Of a stretch of 64,000 nucleotides of DNA, positions 38,850 through 49,655 are shown piece by piece (position 1 is the first letter of the stretch; every line of letters begins with the position of its first letter). A program made the translations under genes and the position numbers. The notes under the pieces were generated by a model. That model made no database searches. It was not told the DNA's origin and was given only the letters and a program-made list of their open reading frames with translations. The DNA lies in the NCBI RefSeq assembly GCF_000315625.1, contig NW_005434566.1:140903-204902 (forward strand), written 5' to 3'. This stretch comes from Guillardia theta CCMP2712. Its lineage: Eukaryota > Protista > Cryptophyta.

Positions 38850-40400
38850 GAAAATGCAGGGGGTGGGGTGGCATTGGTCACTGTCACGGGAACAGTCAGA
38901 AGTATCCAACGGGGGTGATTTTGAGTATATCAGAGGGGTGGGGTAGTCCAGGATTGGCCTCGGATCTCAAGATAGGATTGACAGGGGGGTGGTGGATCGC
39001 TGGAGGGGTGGGGTGATTCTATGTTGGGAAATGTTAAGGGTGGGTTCTGGTCTAACCTCTACAGGTGGGTAGTAATGAAGGTAGTAAGAAATGTGCGGGT
39101 AGTCTCGGAAGGTTGTTCGGCAAGTTTGTAGGACACAGGGGTAGAGGTACCTTTCAAGAGCAAAATGTAGGGGTACTCTTGGGTAAATTAGAGGGTAGTA
39201 CTAGGATGCATAATCTGCGGAATCGATAAGTGTTTAAGGTGGGTGGGTAGGGTGATAGGTGGCTCGGACCAGTACGACGCTGGGGTCGTGCGTTCATGGT
39301 ACGTAGAGGTTGGGTACTTTTTCTTTAAATCAGGGGTAGGGTTTTTATCTGGAAGGCATCCGAATCCAGGGGTGGGTCCTACCGGGGAGCCGTGATGGAG
39401 AGGCACAACCAGCTCATGATCACCCCCCACCCCCCTTATCTCCAGTAAAGCAGCAGAGAAGGAACCCCCTCTTTAGACCCTCAAAGGCGCATATTCTCAC
39501 TGGGAGATAGGGGTAAATCTCAAGAAAGGGGTAGTTTGATGCCTCCTTCGCTCGCCAGCGGCTAGCGTCACAGGGGGGGTAGAGTGCAAATATTTATTGG
39601 ATCCCACTAATCAACAACGCCCAGTACTTAGGAAGCGCTTTTCGCACGCATGTTCCCCTCGGAACCCATCGTGAAAAAATCAACTGGTCGGTCACGGCGT
39701 GTGTTGAATGCATCATCACCCACCCTTTCTATCACTCCCTCATCAAGCTGAAAATGGGGGGTATTCAGGAAACGCTCCTTTGGTTGCGGTCAAGCATTGC
39801 AGAGGACCACCCACCCTTCTGACTCCTTTTCACTATGGGAATTGGGGGTGTGTAAAAGTGCCAGGGTAGCGACAGTGGTGTAATATCTTGTCTAGGTCAC
39901 GGCGCAGCACAATGTCAGCTATGGCTGGTCACGGCAGCTGCCAGTCAGCTACCTCCGTAAATCAACCCCTCTCTACCTATGACGTGATTAGGTATAGAGG
40001 GGTGGGGTACAATAATTTCTCTGATTGCGTCAACGTCTTCGATGAATATCAACCACCTACCCATTGGAGTTTTTTTGACCACCCTCCACCCCTCAAATCA
40101 GGCTAACCACGTGGGCTTCTTCAGAATTGTCACCACCCCACCCTCGAATTTCTCCGTCCTCTGTAAGGAACTTTTTTTGTTTTTTTTAACGACCCTGAAG
40201 CGTCCCGCACGGCTCGTGGTAAGAGTCTCAAGGCAATCACTACCCCCACCCCTACCTCCTTAAAAATCAGATCAAAGACCCCTCCCTGATGGAGTGTGCC
40301 GGTAGTAAGGGTCTTGTGGTTTCCCTAACAGTGCAAAGCATGTACCTCCACGCCGTGACGCTACTGATACCACCCCTATCCCTCCCAAGGGGGTGATTCA
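38850..40400. repeat. Vocabulary tract with polarity switch: GGGTA/GGGTG on + (38850-39400), then mixed/C-rich
   Basis: Reverse-complement version of the TACCC/CACCC words, followed by both orientations. Confidence 0.7.
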
Positions 40401-41616
40401 TGCCGTGACCGCTCTCAATATCTGTTATTGTGTTTAATACATTTTATAAGTCATAAACTTGGAGTTTTTTTTTTCGGCTGTTCCTCAATCTTTTTTTTAT
40501 TTTTTTTTGGATCGTCATTGTTTCAGTTTCACCCACTCGCATTCACTTCCCGCAGACTCTGTGCAGGGGCGGACGAGGGGAGACGGGATGCCCTCCTGGG
40601 GGATGAGACACGAGAAGAGATAAGAGGCATGTAAGATGGGTTGGAAGGAGAGGAGGGACCAGCAGAGTGGACCAGGTGGCAAGAGCCTTGTGGAACCATT
40701 GCGAGTGTCGTTGGAGCAAGCACCCTTGGTCTCAGTAAGTTCATGTACAAGGCAGAAGATACGATCAGCGTGAGTCTAGTGTGTTTGCTTCTGGCTCATG
40801 GTCGGTAGAAGCGTTTGATTTGCTAGTCTACAAGAATCAAGAGAGAAATCATCTTCCATCTTGGTTTCTAGATGATCCTTGTACCCATACTTTTACAACA
40901 ACAGTCTCCTGGAAGCGAGAAAACAAATAATCCAAAGGAGAGGATAATCTGAGGGTTTGCTGCATGTTTTTCTGAGAAAACTGTGATGAGGAGCTGTGAA
41001 TACTGGTTTCGTGACGAGAAGGAGGATGTCATAGTTGGGTTGGTAGGATGGCGCCATTCTCTTGGGGTTCTTGGTCCTGTTTTGTACGTTTGTGATGACA
41101 AGAACCGTTACAGAATCTATTTCCCTCTTGTTTCTGTCTGTACGATAACAGCTTGATTGTTATCGGATGTGTCTGCTTCAAAATGACTAAAGAAAACTGA
41201 CGATCAGGTGACATCTGAGGACTCGTAGGGTTGTATAAGACTAATACATATGAGTATGAGATGATCACCATTTCAGCTCATCATGAACATAATGATGCGC
41301 TTTGCGCTCCTTTTTACATTGTGCGGGTCTCCTGGTATGAACTTATATTCAATATCATTGCTATTTTGGCTTGTGTACCTGCTGCATCCGATTGGCTTGT
41401 GTACCTGCTGCATCACCCCGGATCAGATCTGAAGTGATGCCAATACAACAAGATACCTCACTTGTTTCGCATGTGATATGGTGTTTGAACCACAAACGCA
41501 ACTGTAGATTAGAATAGTTGTGAAGGAGATGCTGATATACATATGTGTATGTATGTATGTTTGTATGCTGATATGCGAAAACTTCATTCGTATCATGAAC
41601 GACAGGGGACAGTAAA

Positions 41617-41810
41617 TGTTGTATACACAACCTTGCGTAAGACCTTGAGCTCAGATGATCTTAGGATCACTGTTCATAAGTTACACACACTCATCAGATC
41701 AGCAGCATCACTGCAGCTATCTGGCATCGTCGTTCTGTTTCACAACACTACGCCCAAGGGGCGTCCGGTACGAGTCCAGAATACAACTTCGCAGAGCCGT
41801 AATGGCATTT
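41617..41810 (-). repeat. 3' LTR (5'-truncated)
   Basis: Aligns to 43586-43850 and ends in CA on the element strand. Confidence 0.85.
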
Positions 41811-43528
41811 GCGATGGCGGCTTGACTCGCTGGAGGTTGGGAGGTCTGTGTCACTGAGGAAGAAGCATTTCGATGAGCTTGCTTTTCCTTGCGGCAGTAC
41901 TTCAACGTGCGTCCAGAACGTTTGCAGTACGTGCAGAAGTAATTCGGGGAAGAACCGGAGGACTGCGCGGGAGCGCGGGAGGGCTGAGCTCCTGGCGTCG
42001 ACGGAGAGGGTTGAAGGGCACAAAGAGGCTGCGGAGCCGGAACGAAAGAAGACGGTTTGACGAAGGTGAAAGCTTTCTGTGCTAAAAGCGACATCGTGGC
42101 AGCGGTAGCAGGATGCATGTGCGCAATGGGGACCATCACAAGTCGGAGATCAGGGTCACGAAAACCATTGGCGAATTGTTGAAGAAGATTGTGCTCTTGA
42201 AAGACGACAGCCTCACATTTGTAGAGTAAAAGCTCGTCAACATAGCGTTGCGTCCGAAGAGTATAATCAGTAATCGATTCGTTCACGCCTTGACAAAGAT
42301 TGGTTACTTGTTGCTGGAGCTTGGCGATGTGAGCCGCGGGAGGAAATTGCTGCGTGATGAAAAGGCAGAATTCCGGCCAGGGAAGAAGGGACAATTCGTC
42401 AAGAGGACGATCGTGAGACATGCGTCGAAGAACAGCGTCGTCAAGAAAGGTCGTCGTGTAGTGAACCCAGAGGTTGCCGGGGATTCGATGGACAGACAGA
42501 GCACGTCCCATCTGAGAGAGCCAGCTGTGAATGCTTCGAGAATCAGCCTGACCAAGAAAGGGGGTGATGGAGGTTCTGGGCTGAAACTTCGGGAGTTTGT
42601 CACCATTGAAAGGCTGGGAGGGACTGACGGGCGTGGGCTGAGGAATCCGCGACATGCACGCGTCACGAGAGGGGTTCTGCTGCGTGTAAGAAGCACGAAT
42701 ACCTGGCAACGGAGTCATCAGTTTCTCTGGTAAGAGAGAAGTCGGAGGCGGAGCTTTGGGAATCGACGAAGGGTCTGACTCAACCGGGAGGGCAAGCATC
42801 TGCAACAGCCGAGGGCTGGGAGGGGAAGGAGAACTCGTCAAGCGCAGAGACGGTTGCGCGCTGGACGGGGCAGGGAGGGGCTTCAAGCGCTGGATTGCTG
42901 AAACTGAGGTAGAAAGGGCGGAAACCAGGCGTTCTTGAAGTTCATATGATTGAGCAAGTAGACGATAATTGAATTCCTGAGATTGCTCAAATTGACGATC
43001 CAGCTTGCGTTCAAGTTCTTCCTGACGCTTCTGGGCATCCTTGCGGGCATCTGCATTCTGTTGCAGGAGTAAAGCAAAAAGTTGACTAAGAGATGGTTCT
43101 TTGTCGCTGGCGGCAGGAGAGTTCCGACCCGAAGACATCGCAGAGATGGGCTCAGCCCATCCGAACACCCCTGCGGCAGGGGTGTTCGGAGAACATGCTC
43201 CAGAGGCTGACGTGAAGTTGCGGAAAGAATGCGGAGCTGGAGACTCCCTGGCTAAGACAGACGGTGCTGGTACAGGCGTAACAAAGAATGGGCGAGCACC
43301 AGAAGCTGGATGGGAATCCTCCTGTGGTCGATCTTGCATAATAGAATCATCATCTCTCGTTACGGAAAAGAGACGGGGAAATTGAAATTGTTCAGCTCCA
43401 ACATTTGGGTGGATTGTGGTTGGATCAGCAACTTGTTCCGTAGATCTCTGAATCCTTCGTTCACTGGTCTGAGCCTTACGCGATCTTTTCACTTTCAACA
43501 GTTTGCTTGCTTTCTTTGCTGAAATCAT
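41717..43528 (-). CDS. gag: Retrotransposon Gag (capsid + degenerate zinc knuckle)
   Basis: Intronless 603-aa ORF: coiled coil, Pro/Ser linker, capsid-like PFLG...SWLSQM...WPEF...QQF, major-homology-like LCQGVNESITDY, and CTYCKRSGRTLKYC (CCHC with His->Arg). Confidence 0.88.
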   Translation of the reverse strand: MISAKKASKLLKVKRSRKAQTSERRIQRSTEQVADPTTIHPNVGAEQFQFPRLFSVTRDDDSIMQDRPQEDSHPASGARPFFVTPVPAPSVLARESPAPHSFRNFTSASGACSPNTPAAGVFGWAEPISAMSSGRNSPAASDKEPSLSQLFALLLQQNADARKDAQKRQEELERKLDRQFEQSQEFNYRLLAQSYELQERLVSALSTSVSAIQRLKPLPAPSSAQPSLRLTSSPSPPSPRLLQMLALPVESDPSSIPKAPPPTSLLPEKLMTPLPGIRASYTQQNPSRDACMSRIPQPTPVSPSQPFNGDKLPKFQPRTSITPFLGQADSRSIHSWLSQMGRALSVHRIPGNLWVHYTTTFLDDAVLRRMSHDRPLDELSLLPWPEFCLFITQQFPPAAHIAKLQQQVTNLCQGVNESITDYTLRTQRYVDELLLYKCEAVVFQEHNLLQQFANGFRDPDLRLVMVPIAHMHPATAATMSLLAQKAFTFVKPSSFVPAPQPLCALQPSPSTPGAQPSRAPAQSSGSSPNYFCTYCKRSGRTLKYCRKEKQAHRNASSSVTQTSQPPASQAAIANAITALRSCILDSYRTPLGRSVVKQNDDAR

Positions 43529-43576
43529 TCTTGGAATCGTTTGAGATTCTGAATCAAAGCTCGAATGTGAACCAAT

Positions 43577-43585
43577 TCGCTACCA
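43577..43585 (-). promoter_or_regulatory. Primer-binding site TGGTAGCGA, complementary to a tRNA 3' end (probably initiator Met)
   Basis: TGG directly abuts the LTR-terminal CA at 43586. Confidence 0.75.
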
Positions 43586-44019
43586 TGTGATGTATACACA
43601 ACCTTGCGTAAGACCTTGAGCTCAGATGATCTTAGGATCACTGTTGATTAAGCACACACACTCATCAGATCAGCAGCATCACTACTGCTGCTGGCTGGCA
43701 TCGTCATTCTGTTTCCCTACGCCACCTCTACGTTACTAAGTTACCAGGTACGTTACACCCAAGGGGCGTCCCGGCGGTAACTTCGGCGGCGGCCGGGCCC
43801 GGAATCATAATGAGAGTCCAGAATCTTGAATCTTGAATACCGTAGTGGCAGCCGTGGCCGGGACCCCGGATCGGACCCGCCGCCACTGGCACCGTCCGTC
43901 GGATCACCTCGTGGCACCGGGCCGAGTGACGCCGCCGGAGCACAAGTTTGTGACCTGAGACTTGTACTATGCCGCTCCACGCAGATATCACCGTCATCGA
44001 CCTTAGTCACGTTGTAACA
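43586..44019 (-). repeat. 5' LTR, progressively disrupted by insertions toward its outer end
   Basis: Near-identical to the 3' LTR for ~125 bp, then only islands (CCCAAGGGGCGTCC, GAGTCCAGAAT, CCGTA(A/G)TGGCA) separated by extra sequence. Confidence 0.75.
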
Positions 44020-44660
44020 AGACAGTTTTGAAAGTTTTGCTCACACGCCGCGTCGTCCGACGGCAATTGACTCAGTCGGCGGGCCTCACGGCGCCGGTCA
44101 CGTGACGGTGACGTGCCAGGCTAGTCAGTACGGTCACCGCCCGATCACCGTGACGCCGGACAGAGTCTAGCCTACCGTACTCCCGAGTAGTCCGATCGGA
44201 TGGCCCGCCATCCTCGCCGGCGGGGCGGTTTCACTTTACTCAAAGTTAAGTGAAAAATCAGTTTAGTTCAGTTCACGGTTCCGAGCTTTGCCGCTAGCCT
44301 GGCAGATGTGACCGTACGGGCCGGCGGTGGCACGTGACGGACCGTAAGTTCAGCTCAGCGGCCGCCGGCAAACCCAGTGGGCCAAGCCCGGCCGCCCGGC
44401 CGCCAGTGACCGTACTAGGCTACCCGCCGGGCCCGGGTGCGCCGGGCCCATCATAGTCGTACCGGTACCGTGCCGCAAATCAGTGAACCGTCCGGACAGC
44501 CTGGCAGTGACCGCCCGGCCACTAACCGTCCGGTGTGGCACCCGATGACTGAGTCGGACCGGCGGAAGTTGAGGCGGCACGGTCTTGCTATCATGCCAGT
44601 CGCCGGGTCACGGCTGTCCCTCGCGACTGAGTCAGTACGGTATCCGATGATCGCTGATAT
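43770..44660. repeat. GC-rich palindromic vocabulary tract with AACTTTGAGTAAAG motif on the minus strand
   Basis: Same words as 4560-5880. CTTTACTCAAAGTT at 44234-44247. AT-rich boundary at ~44655-44680. Confidence 0.75.
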
Positions 44661-44819
44661 CATAATTATATTTTATTGAGGCGGACTTGGGTAAGTTGAT
44701 CCGACATTGCCGCAATGAGGCTCGGAACGAGCAGCGGAGGAGGGGGGACGTGAGATAGGACGAGAGAAGGGAAGGGAGGAGTACGAGATGAGTAGGGGAG
44801 GAGAGGAGGTGAGAAGGAG

Positions 44820-45060
44820 GTGAGGAGTTGCGAAGGAGGTGAGGGGAGGAGGACGAGGAGAGGAGAGGAGTTGCGAAGGAGAGGAGGGGAGGAGGAGGAG
44901 GAGAGGAGAGGAGTTGCGAAGGAGAGGAGGGGAGGAGGAGGAGGAGAGGAGAGGAGTTGCGAAGGAGAGGAGGGAAGGAGGAGGGGCAGAGGAGAGGAGT
45001 TGCGAAGGAGAGGAGGAGGAGGAGAGGGGGGAAGGAGAGGAGGAGGAGGGGAGGAGAGGA
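44820..45060 (+). repeat. Polypurine minisatellite, ~43-bp period with core GAGTTGCGAAGGAG x5
   Basis: Core at ~44825, 44869, 44911, 44954 and 44997, separated by GGA/GAG runs. Confidence 0.85.
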
Positions 45061-45459
45061 GGAAGATGGGATGGAGACGGGAGGAAGACAGGAGTGAAAT
45101 GTATTGGAAACGAGGACATGGCGGAGTAATGACTCAGTGATTGGGTCTAGAAGGAGAGATGTGATGCAGACTGGGATTGTTTTAACTGGGAGGTGCATTC
45201 AGGGAAGGAGAATTGAAGGAGTACAAGATGCATGTCAAGACCTGTTAGCGATAGAGTGGCGAGCATACGGACTGGGCAGGAATCCTGATTGTCGTCACCC
45301 CGTCGCTATCTTGCAACCATTCTTCGGCTCCGCAACCTCCGCTTCGCTCCGAGAGGTCGAGGACTTCATAGGATCGAAGGTCAAGGCTGCACGGTGAGGG
45401 ATTGGCGTGGAGGAGAAGGACGGCCTGACTTGCTCTGGAAGCGATGGGGTGCCTGTAGC

Positions 45460-47232
45460 ATGCAGAAACAAGTTGCCGTCTTCTTGTTGTGCATCTTCAC
45501 TCTCTTCTTCATCTTCGTCTGGCACTCGTGGCTAAGAAACAGCTTCCAACCGTAGCCTCACTCTCCCCTCCAGCACCGCGTCCTCCCTCTCCCCGTTCTT
45601 GCAATCTCGCTGCCTCCCGTGCTGCCCTCCACTGTTGTGAAAATTCTCACTGCTGAGATTCTTTGACCCCCGATCTCCATCACTCTTCTCCTTCTCTCTT
45701 CTCCTTTTCTACCTTCCTGTCCCTCCCTTCCTCTCTCTCTCCCTGCTCCCTTGCCCCCTCTCTCGCTCGTCCTGATCCTGTGCTGGCTATCCTGCAGGTC
45801 TATCAAGGTGAGGAGTCAGCGGATCAGTTCAACCCATTGCAGGCATTGGAAGCCCAAGAGGGTGGCAGGAAAAGTTTGTTCCCTGCCCCTGGCTGTGCTG
45901 GAGGTGAGAACGAGAGGACAAGGATACTGAGATCAGAATCTGTGGAGACGACGATGGAGATGTTGAGAGCAGTTTGCACACAAAGAGACATGTGGTGGAT
46001 GTGTTGATGGAAGTGGTACGCGATAGTAGATGATGATTGGGTTGATGATGTTTACTATGACGGTTCCTTGTCTGTTCATGCGTCTAATCTAGTCTGGAAC
46101 AGAAGAGACCAACCACTTGCCCCACAAGGTACTTGACGTATGTTGACTGGAATGGAGCACAAACAAACAACCAGGAAACTCAATGAAACATGGTTGTGTT
46201 TCAGATTCTGACATGTTGAAGGCAGATTATTGCCTTGATGAATGCTCTGCAAGTCTCGCGATCAAACAATCTCACGCTCATCCTCTCTCCCGGTGTGCTA
46301 TCAGTTCAGATCGATGATAGTGATCATAATGATGGAGATTATGAAGACGATAAAACTGATGATGATGATGGAAATGATGGAGATGTCGTCCAACGACGAC
46401 GACAATAATGATCACCACAATGTAGAAGCATCAGCTGCTGCCGCTCGTGATGGAGATGATGATGATGGCATTGGAGACGAATGATGGTGGAGAAAATTTG
46501 ACATTGATTTGCTCCCACCAGCTGCGTCGGCTTTGGTTGAAGATGTTTTCCGCATTCAAGAGCTTCAGAAGTTCTTCTGTGTCATGTACGATATCGGCAT
46601 GTCGCTCAACAACGTTTCTGCATTCATCTCAACACAAAGAGGAACAAGGGCTGTCGTTCCTAACGGAGCTGAGGGCAAAGTTGTTGTCAGCACAGGTGAA
46701 AGTCTGTGTTTGATATCTTCATGTGTCTTGCACACTCAGTTGAGCTCGGTTCTCAATCTTTAAGATCTGCCAGAACTCTTGTTGTTTGTTGTCGACACTT
46801 GTTGTTTGTTGTCGACACTGCCTTCTCCTCGCTTGCCTGTTCCCCGCTAGCCATAGCTGAGGACCACTCCTGCTCTCTCGCTCGCTCTTCTCTCTCTGAC
46901 GGACCTCTCCTCGTCCCGAGCAGGACTGCATGCTGGGCAGGACATGTTCCGACTTGTTGGACCACCAGGTTTCTCTCCAAAGATGATACAACACCTCCTT
47001 CTCAGGTCCAACAAACAGATCTGCGAGGTATCTCGATTGTGCTGGAGGTGTTGTTGGCTGATGCCGCTGTTGCAGAAAGTTGACTTGATCCTTAACAACA
47101 TCTACAAGCGAGGGAACGGATACGTGGCCGTACATCTGTATGATTATATCAATCAGACTTGACGACGATGATGACTATGGAAACGTTGTTTTTGTTGTTG
47201 TTGATGATGATATCTAAGATGTTTATGTGTAT

Positions 47233-47268
<36 letters not shown>

Positions 47269-47897
47269 TGCATTTGGTGTTGGTGTTGGTGTTGGTGTTG
47301 GTGGTGGTGATGATGATATCGATGATGATGATAGAGATGATAGAGATGATGATGATTGAAGCAACTGCAATTCGCGAAATGATGAAGAATCTGCTCGAGG
47401 GTCTGACTGTGTTAATGAACGGACAGGAGGAGCATGGATGGAACCTGTCAGCAGCGAGCAAATCTGTTTTCAGCTGAGAGCAGCAACAGAGGCAAGCAAG
47501 TCACAGTTGTTGTCTCTTCCTGCTAAGATGCTGTCTCTTGCTCTTCAGACGCGCGTTACTGCCTCATGTCCCCCGGATACGTTCTCAAGTCGCTCCTCAC
47601 GGCCATCATGGAAGACTGCGATCTGGAGACAGTCTGGTATCTTGTCGTTCCCTCATGCTGAAGGTCTTGACGGACCTGGCAGCTCTCCCAAGTATGCGCG
47701 AGTGTGCGAGCAGGCCATGAAGGCAGGGACAGAGGAGGTGGAGAAGGAGAGAGAACAAGTACATGCGGCTATCAAGCACATCCTCGTGTCCAGGAGGTTG
47801 GTTCTGTTCGTGGCTCACGACCTCGCGCGGATCGTTGAAGCAAGTGAGAAGTCCCTTGACATTCTTGTATCAATTCCTTCCTACTACCTCATCTCTT

Positions 47898-47957
<60 letters not shown>

Positions 47958-49179
47958 TTTCCCCTGCTACTTCTCCTTCTTCTTTTCCTTCTTCTGCTCC
48001 TTGTTTCTTCTCACTCAGCCTCGGAAGTTGACAACCCGAACGACCCGATTCTCTTTCCTGTGGATTCGATTCTTTACGACATGTGCCGGTAAGACAATCA
48101 CAAGTTGTGTTCTTATGCCAATACGTTGCTTTGAGCTTTGGCTCGTTGTCCTCCTCTTCCTTTGTTCATCCTCTTAATCATGACGAGCAGGCAGACCAAG
48201 TGTGAAACATGCTGTGAAAAGTTCAATACCATGTTTCAAGAGCCCCCGTCGAACTCCTCCTCCACCTCCACCTCCACCACCACCACCTCCTCCTCCTCCT
48301 CCTCCTCTCTCTTTTCCCAATCCTCTTCCCTCCACTTCATCAACCCCTCCTCCAACGTCAAGGCATTCTTCAACATCGCAACCATTTGCGAGACTGCCTC
48401 GGTAGAAGCAATGCTCAAGACTTGTCCAGTGCAGGAAGTCTACGACGCTTCTTGCTCGGAATTTATCAACCAGGCCTCGAGGATAGTCAACTTCTGCTCG
48501 CTCCTCCTCCTCAAGAAACTTGGAGCTCTCGACTCTTCTCAACTCTCCTCTTCCCCTCCTCCTCCTCCTCCTCCTCCTCCTCTACCAATTCCTCCTCTCC
48601 TCCCACCTCCTTCCGACATGCTCCTTTGATCGACATGCTTCTCCTGGCTCTCTCAGACATCTTCATCGGCAACCCCACCAGCACCTTCTCCTCTAACGCC
48701 GCACTGCTCCGCCGAGGCCTCGCCAAGTCTTCCCCTCGCGCAACCAACATGAAGCTCGACGAGCTGGAATGCTACGGGACGCGTGAGCCAGCGTTCGAGT
48801 TCCGGAGGAGCATGCGGAGAGAAGAAATGAAGGAGGAGGAGGAGCGGAAGAAGAGGAGGGAGGAGTCGCGCAAGAAGAAAGGGGGAGGGGAGGCGAAACT
48901 GAGGGAGAAAATAACAAGTAAGGGGAACAAGACAAAGTCGAAGCTGCTGTCAACCAACAAGAACGTCACGAAGATGATGGAGAACGTGACGGTCAAAGAT
49001 GAAAAGGAGGGAGAAGTCAACATGCAGGTACAAGAGAAGGTTGTTGAGTCCATGTTCTCCTCGAGCGATCTGTTTGCTGCCGAGGACTCCAGCTGGAAAT
49101 GTCAGCATGGCAAGATAAGTGATGGGAGACACGAGTGGTACATAGGTGAGATTCTGCTGAGATGCCCGTTCATGATGCC

Positions 49180-49226
<47 letters not shown>

Positions 49227-49350
49227 CGATGATGATGGAAACAGAATACGATGATGATATTGCTGTGGTTTTCTTTTTCTAGATGAGATTCATAAAAATC
49301 TGTCGCTGACTGTTTGCAGGAAAACTTCCGACGTTGAGATGGAATGAGAC
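45460..49350 (+). CDS. Putative multi-exon type II membrane protein (possibly glycosyltransferase-like); structure unresolved
   Basis: N-terminal anchor MQKQVAVFLLCIFTLFFIFVWHSWLR, then many short exon-like blocks bounded by GT/AG (e.g. VEDVFRIQELQKFF, KVDLILNNIYKRGNGYVAVHL, LFPVDSILYDMC) separated by microsatellite introns. May be more than one gene. Confidence 0.4.
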
Positions 49351-49655
49351 CTCTCTGTCTTTCACATAGTCGGATGACAACTCAGTATATTCAGTCAAGG
49401 TTGCACAAAGATATTCGTGAATATGTTAACGTCCGCTGTATTGATGCAAAAACTGTAAATGTACCATCATGACAACAGAACAAACATGTGAAATCACTAT
49501 AGATACACGAGGTGTAAGGAAACCTCACCAGGTTAGTTGGCAAAGAGGACAAGATAACCACAACAAGGAAGCCATCACATCACATCAAACACCATACACC
49601 ACCAAATCTCATCCTAGCTTCCGTTGATCTGCCCCCCTCCTCCTCTTCCTCATCC

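Larger units (their letters stand above)
41617..44019 (-). mobile_element. Non-autonomous Ty3/Gypsy-like LTR retrotransposon derivative (5' LTR - PBS - gag - truncated 3' LTR; no pol)
   Basis: Direct repeats start at 41617 (TGTTGTATACACAACCTTGCGTAAGACC...) and 43586 (TGTGATGTATACACAACCTTGCGTAAGACC...). On the minus strand the 5' LTR ends ...CA and is immediately followed by TGGTAGCGA (PBS). A gag ORF lies between the repeats. The outer end of the 5' LTR is uncertain (candidate TGTTAC at 44019). Confidence 0.88.

Noticed and set aside
41611-44025. Target-site duplication of the LTR element
   Set aside because: The left flank GTAAA does not match the sequence after the candidate right end (AGACA), so the outer boundary remains unproven.
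44820-45060. Repeat-spacer array with GAGTTGCGAAGGAG core
   Set aside because: The 'spacers' are near-identical GGA/GAG microsatellite, so this is a minisatellite.
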